A stretch of 64,000 nt of DNA, from the NCBI RefSeq assembly GCF_056712565.1, contig NZ_CM160072.1; one strand, 5' to 3'. A program made the position numbers and the translations under genes. Under the pieces are notes generated by a model. That model ran no database searches. It was given only the letters and a program-made list of their open reading frames with translations, and had not been told where the DNA came from. Positions 53,541 through 64,000 of the stretch are shown here, piece by piece. How positions within the stretch are numbered: position 1 is the stretch's first letter; every line of letters begins with the position of its first letter.

Positions 53541-53961
53541 ACCCGCCCTGAATAGAATTCATCCAATTACAGTCCAGACATATACAGTATCCCTCAGCTC
53601 AGTATCAGCTTCTCGACAAATGGTCACTGTTATTTACCCGTTGCCAGAAAGAGAATAATTTGCCCCCATAGCCAGCCTTCCCGGAATCTGTATATTCATT
53701 AATATTGTTATCGATTCCATCAAGTAACATAGGTTGGATGCGATTGATCTTACTCACATTAGTCGACACGGAACTCAGTAAGTTGAACTCTGAAAAAGCA
53801 GTTTAAATAGCATTTAAACAAATGCCACCAGTTCGAAAAAGAGTATAAGCACACTTAATATATTGTTTTAATTATTCATTTCCTTTCAACCCAATTCTTA
53901 TCCCTCACATTATTTGTTATTAATTTGTTGTTTTTGATCACAATAAGAAAACAATATGTAA

Positions 53962-55038
<1,077 letters not shown>

Positions 55039-55057
55039 GCGCAAAGGAATTGAGCGG

Positions 55058-56326
55058 ATGTATGATTTTTTGATTATTGGCGGCGGCATCATCGGCATGT
55101 CGACCGCCATGCAACTAATTGATGTTTATCCGGATGCCCGCATAGCGTTGCTGGAAAAAGAGCCCGGCCCGGCCTGTCACCAGACGGGCCGCAACAGTGG
55201 CGTAATCCATGCCGGGGTCTATTACACGCCCGGCAGCCTGAAGGCGCAGTTTTGCCTGGCAGGAAACCGCGCCACCAAAGCCTTTTGCGATCAAAACGGT
55301 ATTCGCTACGACAACTGCGGCAAGATGCTGGTCGCCACGTCTGAACTCGAAATGGAACGGATGCGCGCCTTATGGGAACGCACGGCGGCGAACGGAATCG
55401 ATCGCGAGTGGTTAAACGCCGAAGAGCTGCGCGAGCGCGAACCAAATATCACCGGGCTGGGCGGTATTTTTGTGCCGTCCAGCGGCATTGTCAGCTACCG
55501 CGAAGTGACGGCGGCAATGGCAAAAATTTTTCAGGCCAGAGGCGGTGAGATTATCTATAACGCCGAAGTCAGCGCCCTCAGTGAGCATAAAAACGGCGTG
55601 GTGATATGTACCCGTCAGGGCGGTGAATATGAAGCATCGACGCTGATTAGCTGTTCCGGGCTGATGGCTGACCGGCTGGTGAAAATGCTCGGCCTCGAAC
55701 CGGGCTTTATTATCTGCCCGTTCCGCGGCGAGTATTTCCGCCTTGCGCCGGAGCATAACCAGATTGTTAACCACCTGATTTACCCCATTCCCGACCCGGC
55801 AATGCCGTTTTTGGGCGTGCATCTCACCCGCATGATCGACGGCAGTGTGACCGTCGGGCCAAACGCGGTGCTGGCTTTCAAACGCGAAGGCTATCGTAAG
55901 CGCGACTTCTCATTTAGCGACACGCTGGAAATTTTGGGCTCGTCGGGGATTCGCCGGGTGCTGCAAAACCATCTACGCTCAGGACTGGGCGAGATGAAAA
56001 ACTCGCTGTGCAAAAGCGGCTATCTGCGGCTGGTGCAAAAGTATTGTCCCCGGCTTTCGTTAAGCGATCTCCAGCCCTGGCCCGCCGGTGTGCGGGCGCA
56101 GGCGGTATCGCCGGACGGCAAGCTGATTGACGATTTTCTGTTTGTCACCACCCCGCGCACGATCCACACCTGTAATGCGCCCTCCCCGGCAGCGACATCA
56201 GCAATTCCTATTGGTGCGCATATTGTCAGCAAGGTACAAACGCTGTTGGCAAGCCAGAGTAACCCCGGACGCACGCTGCGAGCGGCACGTAGTGTGGATG
56301 CCTTACACGCCGCATTTAATCAATAA
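55058..56326 (+). CDS. lhgO: L-2-hydroxyglutarate dehydrogenase/oxidase LhgO (YgaF)
   Basis: MYDFLIIGGGIIGMSTAMQL FAD-binding N-terminus; 422 aa. Confidence 0.9.
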   Translation: MYDFLIIGGGIIGMSTAMQLIDVYPDARIALLEKEPGPACHQTGRNSGVIHAGVYYTPGSLKAQFCLAGNRATKAFCDQNGIRYDNCGKMLVATSELEMERMRALWERTAANGIDREWLNAEELREREPNITGLGGIFVPSSGIVSYREVTAAMAKIFQARGGEIIYNAEVSALSEHKNGVVICTRQGGEYEASTLISCSGLMADRLVKMLGLEPGFIICPFRGEYFRLAPEHNQIVNHLIYPIPDPAMPFLGVHLTRMIDGSVTVGPNAVLAFKREGYRKRDFSFSDTLEILGSSGIRRVLQNHLRSGLGEMKNSLCKSGYLRLVQKYCPRLSLSDLQPWPAGVRAQAVSPDGKLIDDFLFVTTPRTIHTCNAPSPAATSAIPIGAHIVSKVQTLLASQSNPGRTLRAARSVDALHAAFNQ

Positions 56327-56348
56327 CCTTTGAAAACAGGATGTAGCG

Positions 56349-57797
56349 ATGAAACTTAACGACAGTAACTTATTCCGCCAGCAGGCGTTGATTAACGGGG
56401 AATGGCTGGACGCCAACAATGGCGAGGTCATCGACGTCACCAATCCGGCGAACGGCGACAAGCTGGGTAGCGTGCCGAAAATGGGCGCTGATGAAACCCG
56501 CGCCGCTATCGACGCCGCCAACCGCGCCCTGCCCGTCTGGCGTGCGCTCACTGCCAAAGAACGCGCCAACATTCTGCGCAACTGGTTCAATTTAATGATG
56601 GAGCATCAGGACGATTTAGCGCGCCTGATGACCCTCGAACAGGGCAAACCACTGGCTGAAGCGAAAGGCGAAATCAGCTACGCCGCCTCATTTATTGAGT
56701 GGTTTGCAGAAGAAGGCAAACGTATTTATGGCGACACCATTCCCGGTCATCAGGCCGATAAACGCCTGATTGTTATCAAGCAGCCGATTGGCGTCACCGC
56801 GGCTATCACGCCGTGGAACTTCCCGGCGGCGATGATTACCCGTAAAGCCGGTCCGGCGCTGGCGGCAGGCTGCACGATGGTGCTGAAGCCCGCCAGTCAG
56901 ACGCCGTTCTCTGCGCTGGCGCTGGCAGAACTGGCGATTCGCGCGGGCGTTCCGGCTGGCGTGTTTAACGTAGTCACCGGTTCGGCGGGCGCGGTCGGTA
57001 ACGAACTGACCAGCAACCCGCTGGTGCGCAAGCTGTCGTTTACCGGCTCGACCGAAATTGGCCGTCAGTTAATGGAACAGTGCGCGAAAGACATCAAAAA
57101 AGTGTCGCTGGAGCTGGGCGGCAACGCACCGTTTATTGTCTTTGACGATGCCGATCTCGATAAAGCCGTGGAAGGCGCGCTGGCCTCGAAATTCCGTAAC
57201 GCCGGGCAAACCTGCGTCTGCGCCAACCGCCTGTATGTGCAGAACGGCGTGTATGACCGCTTTGCCGAAAAATTGCAGCAGGCGGTGAGCAAACTGCACA
57301 TCGGCAACGGGCTGGAGAAAGGCGTCACCATCGGGCCGCTGATCGATGAAAAAGCGGTAGCAAAAGTGGAAGAGCATATTGCCGATGCGCTGGAGAAAGG
57401 CGCGCGCGTGGTTTGCGGCGGTAAAGCACATGAACGCGGCGGTAACTTCTTCCAGCCGACCATTCTGGTGGACGTTCCGGCTAACGCCAAAGTGTCGAAA
57501 GAAGAGACGTTTGGCCCCCTCGCCCCGCTGTTCCGTTTTAAAGATGAAGCCGATGTGATTGCGCAAGCCAATGACACCGAATTTGGCCTTGCAGCCTATT
57601 TCTACGCCCGTGATTTAAGCCGCGTCTTCCGCGTGGGCGAAGCACTGGAGTACGGCATCATCGGCATCAACACCGGCATTATTTCCAATGAAGTGGCCCC
57701 GTTTGGCGGCATTAAAGCCTCGGGTCTGGGTCGTGAAGGTTCGAAGTATGGCATCGAAGATTACTTAGAAATCAAATATATGTGCATCGGTCTTTAA
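56349..57797 (+). CDS. gabD: Succinate-semialdehyde dehydrogenase GabD
   Basis: 482 aa aldehyde dehydrogenase (ELGGNAP, catalytic Cys region). Confidence 0.95.
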   Translation: MKLNDSNLFRQQALINGEWLDANNGEVIDVTNPANGDKLGSVPKMGADETRAAIDAANRALPVWRALTAKERANILRNWFNLMMEHQDDLARLMTLEQGKPLAEAKGEISYAASFIEWFAEEGKRIYGDTIPGHQADKRLIVIKQPIGVTAAITPWNFPAAMITRKAGPALAAGCTMVLKPASQTPFSALALAELAIRAGVPAGVFNVVTGSAGAVGNELTSNPLVRKLSFTGSTEIGRQLMEQCAKDIKKVSLELGGNAPFIVFDDADLDKAVEGALASKFRNAGQTCVCANRLYVQNGVYDRFAEKLQQAVSKLHIGNGLEKGVTIGPLIDEKAVAKVEEHIADALEKGARVVCGGKAHERGGNFFQPTILVDVPANAKVSKEETFGPLAPLFRFKDEADVIAQANDTEFGLAAYFYARDLSRVFRVGEALEYGIIGINTGIISNEVAPFGGIKASGLGREGSKYGIEDYLEIKYMCIGL

Positions 57798-57810
57798 CTG
57801 GAGAATGCGA

Positions 57811-59091
57811 ATGAGCAGCAATAAAGAGTTAATGCAGCGCCGCAGTCAGGCGATTCCCCGTGGCGTTGGGCAAATTCACCCGATTTTCGCTGACCGCGCG
57901 GAAAACTGCCGGGTGTGGGACGTTGAAGGCCGTGAGTATCTTGATTTCGCGGGCGGGATTGCGGTGCTCAATACCGGGCACCTGCATCCGAAAGTGGTTG
58001 CGGCGGTGGAAGCGCAGTTGAAAAAACTGTCGCACACCTGCTTCCAGGTGCTGGCTTACGAGCCGTATCTTGAACTGTGCGAGATTATGAATCAGAAGGT
58101 GCCGGGCGATTTTGCCAAGAAAACTCTGCTGGTTACGACCGGTTCCGAAGCGGTGGAAAATGCGGTGAAAATCGCCCGCGCCGCCACTAAACGTAGCGGT
58201 ACTATCGCCTTTAGCGGTGCGTATCACGGGCGCACGCATTACACACTGGCGCTGACCGGCAAGGTGAATCCATACTCTGCGGGCATGGGGCTGATGCCGG
58301 GTCATGTTTATCGCGCGCTTTATCCTTGCCCGCTGCACGGCATAAGCGAGGATGACGCTATCGCCAGCATCCACCGGATCTTCAAAAATGACGCCGCGCC
58401 GGAAGATATCGCCGCCATCGTGATTGAGCCCGTTCAGGGCGAAGGCGGTTTCTACGCCGCGACGCCAGCCTTTATGCAGCGTTTACGCGCGCTGTGTGAC
58501 GAGCACGGGATCATGCTGATTGCCGATGAAGTGCAGAGCGGCGCAGGGCGTACCGGCACGCTGTTTGCGATGGAGCAAATGGGCGTGGCACCAGATCTCA
58601 CCACCTTTGCGAAATCGATCGCGGGCGGCTTCCCGCTGGCGGGCGTCACCGGGCGCGCGGAAGTGATGGATGCCGTCGCTCCAGGCGGTCTGGGCGGCAC
58701 CTATGCCGGTAACCCGATTGCCTGCGTAGCGGCGCTGGAAGTGTTAAAAGTGTTTGAGCAGGAAAATCTGCTGCAAAAAGCCAACGATCTGGGGCAGAAA
58801 CTGAAAGACGGATTGCTGGCGATAGCCGAAAAACATACTGAGATCGGCGACGTACGCGGGCTGGGAGCGATGATTGCCATCGAGCTGTTTGAAGATGGCG
58901 ATCACAGCAAACCGGACGCCAAACTCACCGCCGAGATCGTGGCGCGTGCCCGCGATAAAGGCCTGATTCTTCTCTCCTGCGGCCCGTATAACAACGTGCT
59001 GCGCATCCTTGTACCGCTCACCATTGAAGACGCTCAGATCCGTCAGGGTCTGGAGATCATCAGCCAGTGTTTTGCTGAGGCGAAGCAGTAG
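57811..59091 (+). CDS. gabT: 4-aminobutyrate aminotransferase GabT
   Basis: 426 aa from MSSNKELMQRRSQAIPRGVGQIHPIF; class III aminotransferase. Confidence 0.95.
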   Translation: MSSNKELMQRRSQAIPRGVGQIHPIFADRAENCRVWDVEGREYLDFAGGIAVLNTGHLHPKVVAAVEAQLKKLSHTCFQVLAYEPYLELCEIMNQKVPGDFAKKTLLVTTGSEAVENAVKIARAATKRSGTIAFSGAYHGRTHYTLALTGKVNPYSAGMGLMPGHVYRALYPCPLHGISEDDAIASIHRIFKNDAAPEDIAAIVIEPVQGEGGFYAATPAFMQRLRALCDEHGIMLIADEVQSGAGRTGTLFAMEQMGVAPDLTTFAKSIAGGFPLAGVTGRAEVMDAVAPGGLGGTYAGNPIACVAALEVLKVFEQENLLQKANDLGQKLKDGLLAIAEKHTEIGDVRGLGAMIAIELFEDGDHSKPDAKLTAEIVARARDKGLILLSCGPYNNVLRILVPLTIEDAQIRQGLEIISQCFAEAKQ

Positions 59092-59103
59092 ATCCGTACC
59101 CAT

Positions 59104-59138
59104 GCCGGAGGCGACGCTGCGCGTCTTGTCCGGCCTAC
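59104..59138. repeat. REP (repetitive extragenic palindrome) element between gabT and gabP
   Basis: gccggaggcgacgctgcgcgtcttgtccggcctac; a second partial copy (gtcggccggataaggcg) lies ~100 bp downstream. Confidence 0.45.
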
Positions 59139-59328
59139 GCGAATCCAGGTCGGATAAAGCGTTTACGCTGCATCCGACAATCTGTATGTGAACAGGAATA
59201 AATCTATGTCGGCCGGATAAGGCGGAGCCGCTCTCCGGTAAAAAGAATCAATAACAATTACACGCGTGACCCGACGCGGGAAATGTCGGGGCGCTCTCCC
59301 AAGTGACACACTTTCGAGAGGATTCAGG

Positions 59329-60729
59329 ATGGGGCAATCATCGCAACCACATGAGTTAGGCGGCGGGCTGAAGTCACGCCACGTCACCATGTTGTCTATT
59401 GCCGGTGTTATCGGCGCAAGTCTGTTTGTCGGTTCCAGCGTCGCCATCGCCGAAGCGGGCCCGGCGGTATTACTGGCCTATCTGTTCGCCGGATTACTGG
59501 TGGTTATGATTATGCGGATGTTGGCGGAAATGGCAGTTGCCACGCCCGATACCGGTTCGTTTTCCACCTATGCCGATAAAGCCATTGGCCGCTGGGCGGG
59601 CTATACCATCGGCTGGTTGTACTGGTGGTTTTGGGTACTGGTTATCCCACTTGAAGCCAACATCGCCGCCATGATCCTGCACTCGTGGGTTCCAGGCATT
59701 CCCATCTGGTTATTTTCCCTCGTCATTACCCTCGCCTTAACCGGCAGTAATTTATTAAGCGTTAAAAACTACGGCGAATTTGAGTTCTGGCTGGCGCTGT
59801 GTAAAGTCATCGCTATCCTGGCCTTTATTTTCCTTGGTGCAGTCGCAATTAGCGGTTTTTACCCGTATGCCGACGTGAGCGGTATTTCAAGATTGTGGGA
59901 TAGCGGCGGCTTTATGCCCAACGGCTTCGGTGCGGTATTAAGCGCGATGTTGATCACCATGTTCTCGTTTATGGGCGCAGAAATTGTCACCATTGCCGCC
60001 GCGGAATCCGACACGCCGGAAAAACATATTGTCCGCGCCACCAACTCGGTTATCTGGCGTATCTCTATTTTCTATTTGTGTTCTATTTTTGTCGTTGTGG
60101 CATTAATCCCGTGGAATATGCCAGGGCTGAAAGCCGTTGGTTCTTATCGCTCGGTTCTGGAATTGCTCAATATTCCTCATGCGAAATTAATCATGGACTG
60201 CGTGATATTACTTTCCGTAACCAGTTGCCTGAACTCGGCGCTGTATACCGCTTCCAGGATGCTCTACTCCTTAAGCCGTCGCGGTGATGCTCCCGCGGTA
60301 ATGGGTAAAATCAACCGCAGTAAAACCCCGTACGTAGCGGTGTTACTCTCCACCGGCGCGGCATTCTTAACGGTGGTGGTGAACTATTACGCGCCTGCGA
60401 AGGTGTTTAAATTTCTGATCGACAGCTCCGGCGCTATCGCCCTGCTGGTTTATTTAGTCATCGCCGTTTCACAATTGCGGATGCGCAAAATTCTGCGAGC
60501 AGAAGGAAACGAAATTCGCCTGCGGATGTGGCTTTATCCGTGGCTCACCTGGCTGGTAATCGGTTTTATTACCTTTGTGTTGGTAGTGATGCTATTCCGC
60601 CCGGCGCAACAGTTAGAAGTGCTCTCCACCGGCTTATTAGCGATTGGGATTATCTGTACCGTGCCAATTATGGCTCGCTGGAAAAAGCTGATAATGTGGC
60701 AAAAAACACCCATTCATAATACGCGCTGA
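59329..60729 (+). CDS. gabP: GABA permease GabP
   Basis: 466 aa from MGQSSQPHELGGGLKSRHVTMLSIAGVIGASLFVGS; APC-family transporter. Confidence 0.95.
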   Translation: MGQSSQPHELGGGLKSRHVTMLSIAGVIGASLFVGSSVAIAEAGPAVLLAYLFAGLLVVMIMRMLAEMAVATPDTGSFSTYADKAIGRWAGYTIGWLYWWFWVLVIPLEANIAAMILHSWVPGIPIWLFSLVITLALTGSNLLSVKNYGEFEFWLALCKVIAILAFIFLGAVAISGFYPYADVSGISRLWDSGGFMPNGFGAVLSAMLITMFSFMGAEIVTIAAAESDTPEKHIVRATNSVIWRISIFYLCSIFVVVALIPWNMPGLKAVGSYRSVLELLNIPHAKLIMDCVILLSVTSCLNSALYTASRMLYSLSRRGDAPAVMGKINRSKTPYVAVLLSTGAAFLTVVVNYYAPAKVFKFLIDSSGAIALLVYLVIAVSQLRMRKILRAEGNEIRLRMWLYPWLTWLVIGFITFVLVVMLFRPAQQLEVLSTGLLAIGIICTVPIMARWKKLIMWQKTPIHNTR

Positions 60730-60749
60730 TAATGATCAGGAGTCACACC

Positions 60750-61412
60750 ATGACCATTACCTCTCTGGATGGCTATCGCTGGCTGAAGAACGATATTATT
60801 CGCGGCAATTTTCAGCCGGATGAAAAATTACGGATGAGTTTGCTGACATCGCGTTATGCACTTGGCGTCGGACCGTTGCGGGAGGCGCTTTCGCAACTGG
60901 TGGCAGAACGACTGGTCACGGTGGTGAATCAAAAAGGGTATCGGGTGGCGTCTATGTCAGAGCAGGAGCTGCTCGATATTTTCGACGCCCGCGCCAATAT
61001 GGAAGCGATGCTGGTGAGTCTGGCGATTGCCCGCGGTGGCGATGAATGGGAGGCAGACGTTCTTGCGAAGGCGCATCTGCTCAGTAAGCTTGAGGCCTGT
61101 GACGCCAGTGAGAAAATGCTTGATGAGTGGGATCTGCGTCATCAGGCGTTTCATACTGCAATTGTGGCGGGCTGTGGTTCTTACTATTTGCTGCAAATGC
61201 GTGAACGGTTGTTTGATCTGGCAGCGCGTTATCGATTTATCTGGCTGCGGCGAACAGTGCTTTCGGTGGAAATGCTGGAAGATAAACACGATCAGCACCA
61301 GACCCTGACTGCGACGGTACTGGCGCGAGATACCGCGCGCGCCAGTGAGTTAATGCGCCAGCATTTACTGACGCCAATTCCCATTATCCAGCAGGCGATG
61401 GCTGGCAATTAA
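60750..61412 (+). CDS. csiR: GntR-family repressor CsiR (YgaE)
   Basis: 220 aa from MTITSLDGYRWLKNDIIRGNF. Confidence 0.9.
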   Translation: MTITSLDGYRWLKNDIIRGNFQPDEKLRMSLLTSRYALGVGPLREALSQLVAERLVTVVNQKGYRVASMSEQELLDIFDARANMEAMLVSLAIARGGDEWEADVLAKAHLLSKLEACDASEKMLDEWDLRHQAFHTAIVAGCGSYYLLQMRERLFDLAARYRFIWLRRTVLSVEMLEDKHDQHQTLTATVLARDTARASELMRQHLLTPIPIIQQAMAGN

Positions 61413-61862
61413 CTACTCTTCAGGAATACGCAACACTTGCCCCGGGTAAATTTTATCCGGGCTTTTTAGCATCGGTTTATTCGCTTCGAAGATTTTATTG
61501 TACAGATTAGCGTTACCGTAGACCTGTTTGGAAATGGCACTCAGAGTGTCGCCAGACTTAACGGTATAAAACTGGCTGGCAGTGGCTGGTGTCGCCGTTT
61601 TCACCTGATCATCGACACTGGCAATACCGGAAATATTCCCCACCGCAACAAGGATTTTCTCCTTCGCCTCCTGACTTAAGCCGTCACCCGTGACCGTCGC
61701 TTTGCCGTCGGCAATTTGAATGTTCACTTTATCGGCATCAGGTATACCGGTTTTGTTCAGATGCTCCTGCACCTTCTTCGCCTGATCGTCTTTATCGTGC
61801 TGACCTGTAACCGCGTCCCAGAGTTTTTCTCCGGCATCTTTCACAAAATTGAACAGACCCAT
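61413..61862 (-). CDS. ygaU: Potassium-binding protein Kbp/YgaU (BON + LysM domains)
   Basis: 149 aa from [21 protein letters not shown]; C-terminal LysM ([32 protein letters not shown]). Confidence 0.9.
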
Positions 61863-61945
61863 AGCTACCTCATTCGTTAACGGAAACACTCAGAAAGTGT
61901 AGCAGAGGAACGCGGCGCGTTAACGCCGCGGGGGTGAACACAGGT

Positions 61946-62104
61946 TTAATCGCGGGTTTGCACCCAGAACGCGTGAATCAAACCGGGGATATACCCAAGC
62001 AGTGTCAGCAGAATATTAATAATGAACGCCCAACCGAACCCTTTACCGAGCAGCACGCCGAGCGGCGGCAGAATGATGGTGATGACGATTCTCCAGAAAC
62101 CCAT
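61946..62104 (-). CDS. yqaE: Small membrane protein YqaE (UPF0057/Pmp3 family)
   Basis: 52-aa reverse-strand ORF MGFWRIVITIILPPLGVLLGKGFGWAFIINILLTLLGYIPGLIHAFWVQTRD. Confidence 0.8.
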   Translation of the reverse strand: MGFWRIVITIILPPLGVLLGKGFGWAFIINILLTLLGYIPGLIHAFWVQTRD

Positions 62105-62286
62105 ATGTACTCCCTATAAGAAAATTACTCATTGTTTAAAAAGAGATTTTATCTCTTAAGCGTAGTAATTTTAGCGGAGCCTGCCAGTTTCAGCTTACGC
62201 TTTTACTCTCATTTACGCTGCTGAGGCTGGTATATGTTGCATTTTTAGTTTAGAGTTTACTTAATTTAGAAAATACTTAAATATCT

Positions 62287-62586
62287 ATGACTGAACTCGC
62301 GCAATTACAGGCTAGTGCCGAACAGGCAGCGGCCTTATTGAAAGCAATGAGCCACCCTAAACGGTTGCTGATTCTGTGCATGCTTAGCGGTTCCCCCGGC
62401 ACCAGTGCGGGAGAGCTGACGCGCATTACCGGACTAAGTGCCTCTGCAACATCACAGCATCTCGCTCGTATGCGGGACGAAGGGCTTATCGACAGCCAAC
62501 GGGATGCCCAACGCATTCTATATTCCATTAAAAATGAGGCGGTAAATGCCATTATCGCCACCCTGAAAAATGTCTATTGTCCGTAA
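62287..62586 (+). CDS. ygaV: ArsR-family transcriptional regulator YgaV
   Basis: 99 aa with HTH; upstream of ygaP. Confidence 0.85.
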   Translation: MTELAQLQASAEQAAALLKAMSHPKRLLILCMLSGSPGTSAGELTRITGLSASATSQHLARMRDEGLIDSQRDAQRILYSIKNEAVNAIIATLKNVYCP

Positions 62587-62595
62587 GGAGTCACT

Positions 62596-63120
62596 ATGGC
62601 TTTGACAACCATTTCGCCGCATGATGCACAAGAATTAATCGCACGCGGCGCAAAGTTAATCGATATTCGTGACGCTGATGAATATCTTCGTGAACATATT
62701 CCTGAAGCAGATCTGGCTCCATTATCCGTGCTGGAACAGTCAGGTCTTCCGGCTAAATTACGTCGCGAGCAAATAATATTCCACTGCCAGGCAGGTAAAC
62801 GCACCAGTAATAACGCCGATAAATTAGCAGCGATTGCCGCCCCCGCAGAAATCTTTTTACTCGAAGATGGGATTGATGGCTGGAAAAAAGCAGGATTACC
62901 AGTAGCGGTAAATAAATCTCAACCCTTGCCGTTAATGCGCCAGGTGCAGATCGCTGCGGGTGGTTTAATATTAATCGGCGTTATACTAGGTTATACCGTA
63001 AATAGCGGTTTCTTCTTATTAAGCGGCTTTGTTGGTGCCGGGTTACTGTTTGCAGGAATTAGCGGTTTTTGTGGGATGGCAAGGTTGTTAGATAAGATGC
63101 CGTGGAACCAACGAGCTTGA
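62596..63120 (+). CDS. ygaP: Rhodanese-domain inner membrane sulfurtransferase YgaP
   Basis: 174 aa; rhodanese active-site Cys (FHCQAGKRT) and C-terminal TM helices. Confidence 0.85.
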   Translation: MALTTISPHDAQELIARGAKLIDIRDADEYLREHIPEADLAPLSVLEQSGLPAKLRREQIIFHCQAGKRTSNNADKLAAIAAPAEIFLLEDGIDGWKKAGLPVAVNKSQPLPLMRQVQIAAGGLILIGVILGYTVNSGFFLLSGFVGAGLLFAGISGFCGMARLLDKMPWNQRA

Positions 63121-63166
63121 GAAGCGACGCCGGACGCGCCATAGCAGCAACATCCGGCCTCAGTAA

Positions 63167-63571
63167 TTAGATCAGGAAATCGTCGAGAGATTTACCTTCT
63201 GCCAGCGCCTGAGCGATTGGCTTCGGTGTACGGCCCTGACCGGTCCAGGTTTTAGTTTCACCGTTAACATCGATGAATTTATATTTCGCCGGACGCGGCT
63301 GGCGTTTTTTACCAGCGCGTGGTGCCGCAGCAGAGCTATCACCCAATAACTCTTCCGGGTTAATTCCGTCAGCTTTCATCAGCTCCAGCCAGGTGCTAAT
63401 TTTTTCCTGGCGCTCTGCCAGTTCACGCTGCTGTTGTTCTTCTTCTTCACGTCTTTCTTTAGTGACAACCCTGAATTTTTCGAGCATTTCTTCAAGAACG
63501 TCAATGGAGAATTCGCGAGCCATCGCACGGAGGGTGCGAATGTTATTTAAACTTTGTAACATTACGGACAT
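63167..63571 (-). CDS. stpA: H-NS paralogue StpA
   Basis: 134 aa [45 protein letters not shown]... Confidence 0.95.
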   Translation of the reverse strand: MSVMLQSLNNIRTLRAMAREFSIDVLEEMLEKFRVVTKERREEEEQQQRELAERQEKISTWLELMKADGINPEELLGDSSAAAPRAGKKRQPRPAKYKFIDVNGETKTWTGQGRTPKPIAQALAEGKSLDDFLI

Positions 63572-64000
63572 AATAAAGAAAACCTTTTAACGCCAAAACA
63601 AAAAAGTATTTCGTCGCGTAGTGTAAGCGATCACTTATTATATTTCCACAAAATTTAATCTATTTACAGTCCTGCACGAGATTATTTCAGCTGTTATTTT
63701 CTGAAACTCTCAGAATAATTTCAAGATTATATATTAGCCATTTTGATGAGTAATTTAGGTTATTGGTGAACAGAGCGGCGCTCTCTGCTCGCTAATTCCG
63801 CAAGCCCGACAAAACCAAAGTGAATAAAAATGCAACTCAACAGAATAAAAGAAAACATCTATCACTGGTGCTTTCTGCTGTCAATGTACATTATCTGGCA
63901 TAAAAAATGCTGAAAATGACCCGATCACTACATACACCGAATTCTCTACGCTTATAGCGTTACCTCCCCCCAAACCTTCATGAGTGAAAATAAAGGTAAA

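Overview
Enterobacterial (E. coli-like) chromosome segment. Conserved core genes flank a ~44.5 kb prophage integrated at the 3' end of the tmRNA gene ssrA. Left core: ffh (partial), ypjD, yfjD/corB, grpE, nadK, recN, bamE, ratB, ratA, smpB, ssrA. Right core: csiD-lhgO-gabD-gabT-gabP-csiR, ygaU, yqaE, ygaV, ygaP, stpA. The prophage (about 8.9-53.4 kb) is bounded by imperfect ~180 bp direct repeats that each contain the ssrA 3' core. It is mosaic: lambdoid immunity, replication and lysis genes, an HK97-type head module, and a Mu/e14-like contractile tail with an invertible tail-fibre segment. It looks recently disabled: in-frame amber codon in the tape-measure gene, frameshifted baseplate J gene, and a DNA invertase truncated to ~41 codons. 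Two accessory regions carry defence-like cargo. (1) Between attL and the tail fibres: an IS2 copy with a 5-bp target duplication, a PD-(D/E)xK-like protein, a GIY-YIG nuclease with a small partner ORF, a tRNA-Pro 3' fragment, a DinI-like pseudogene and a GmrSD-like (DUF262/DUF1524) type IV restriction enzyme. (2) Between the integrase and attR: a tight three-gene operon of a GHKL-type ATPase, a STAS-like (DUF4325-like) protein and a one-TM protein, which I consider the best candidate for an undescribed partner-switching-like defence system. All family assignments are from reading the translations and from memory of families; no database search was run.
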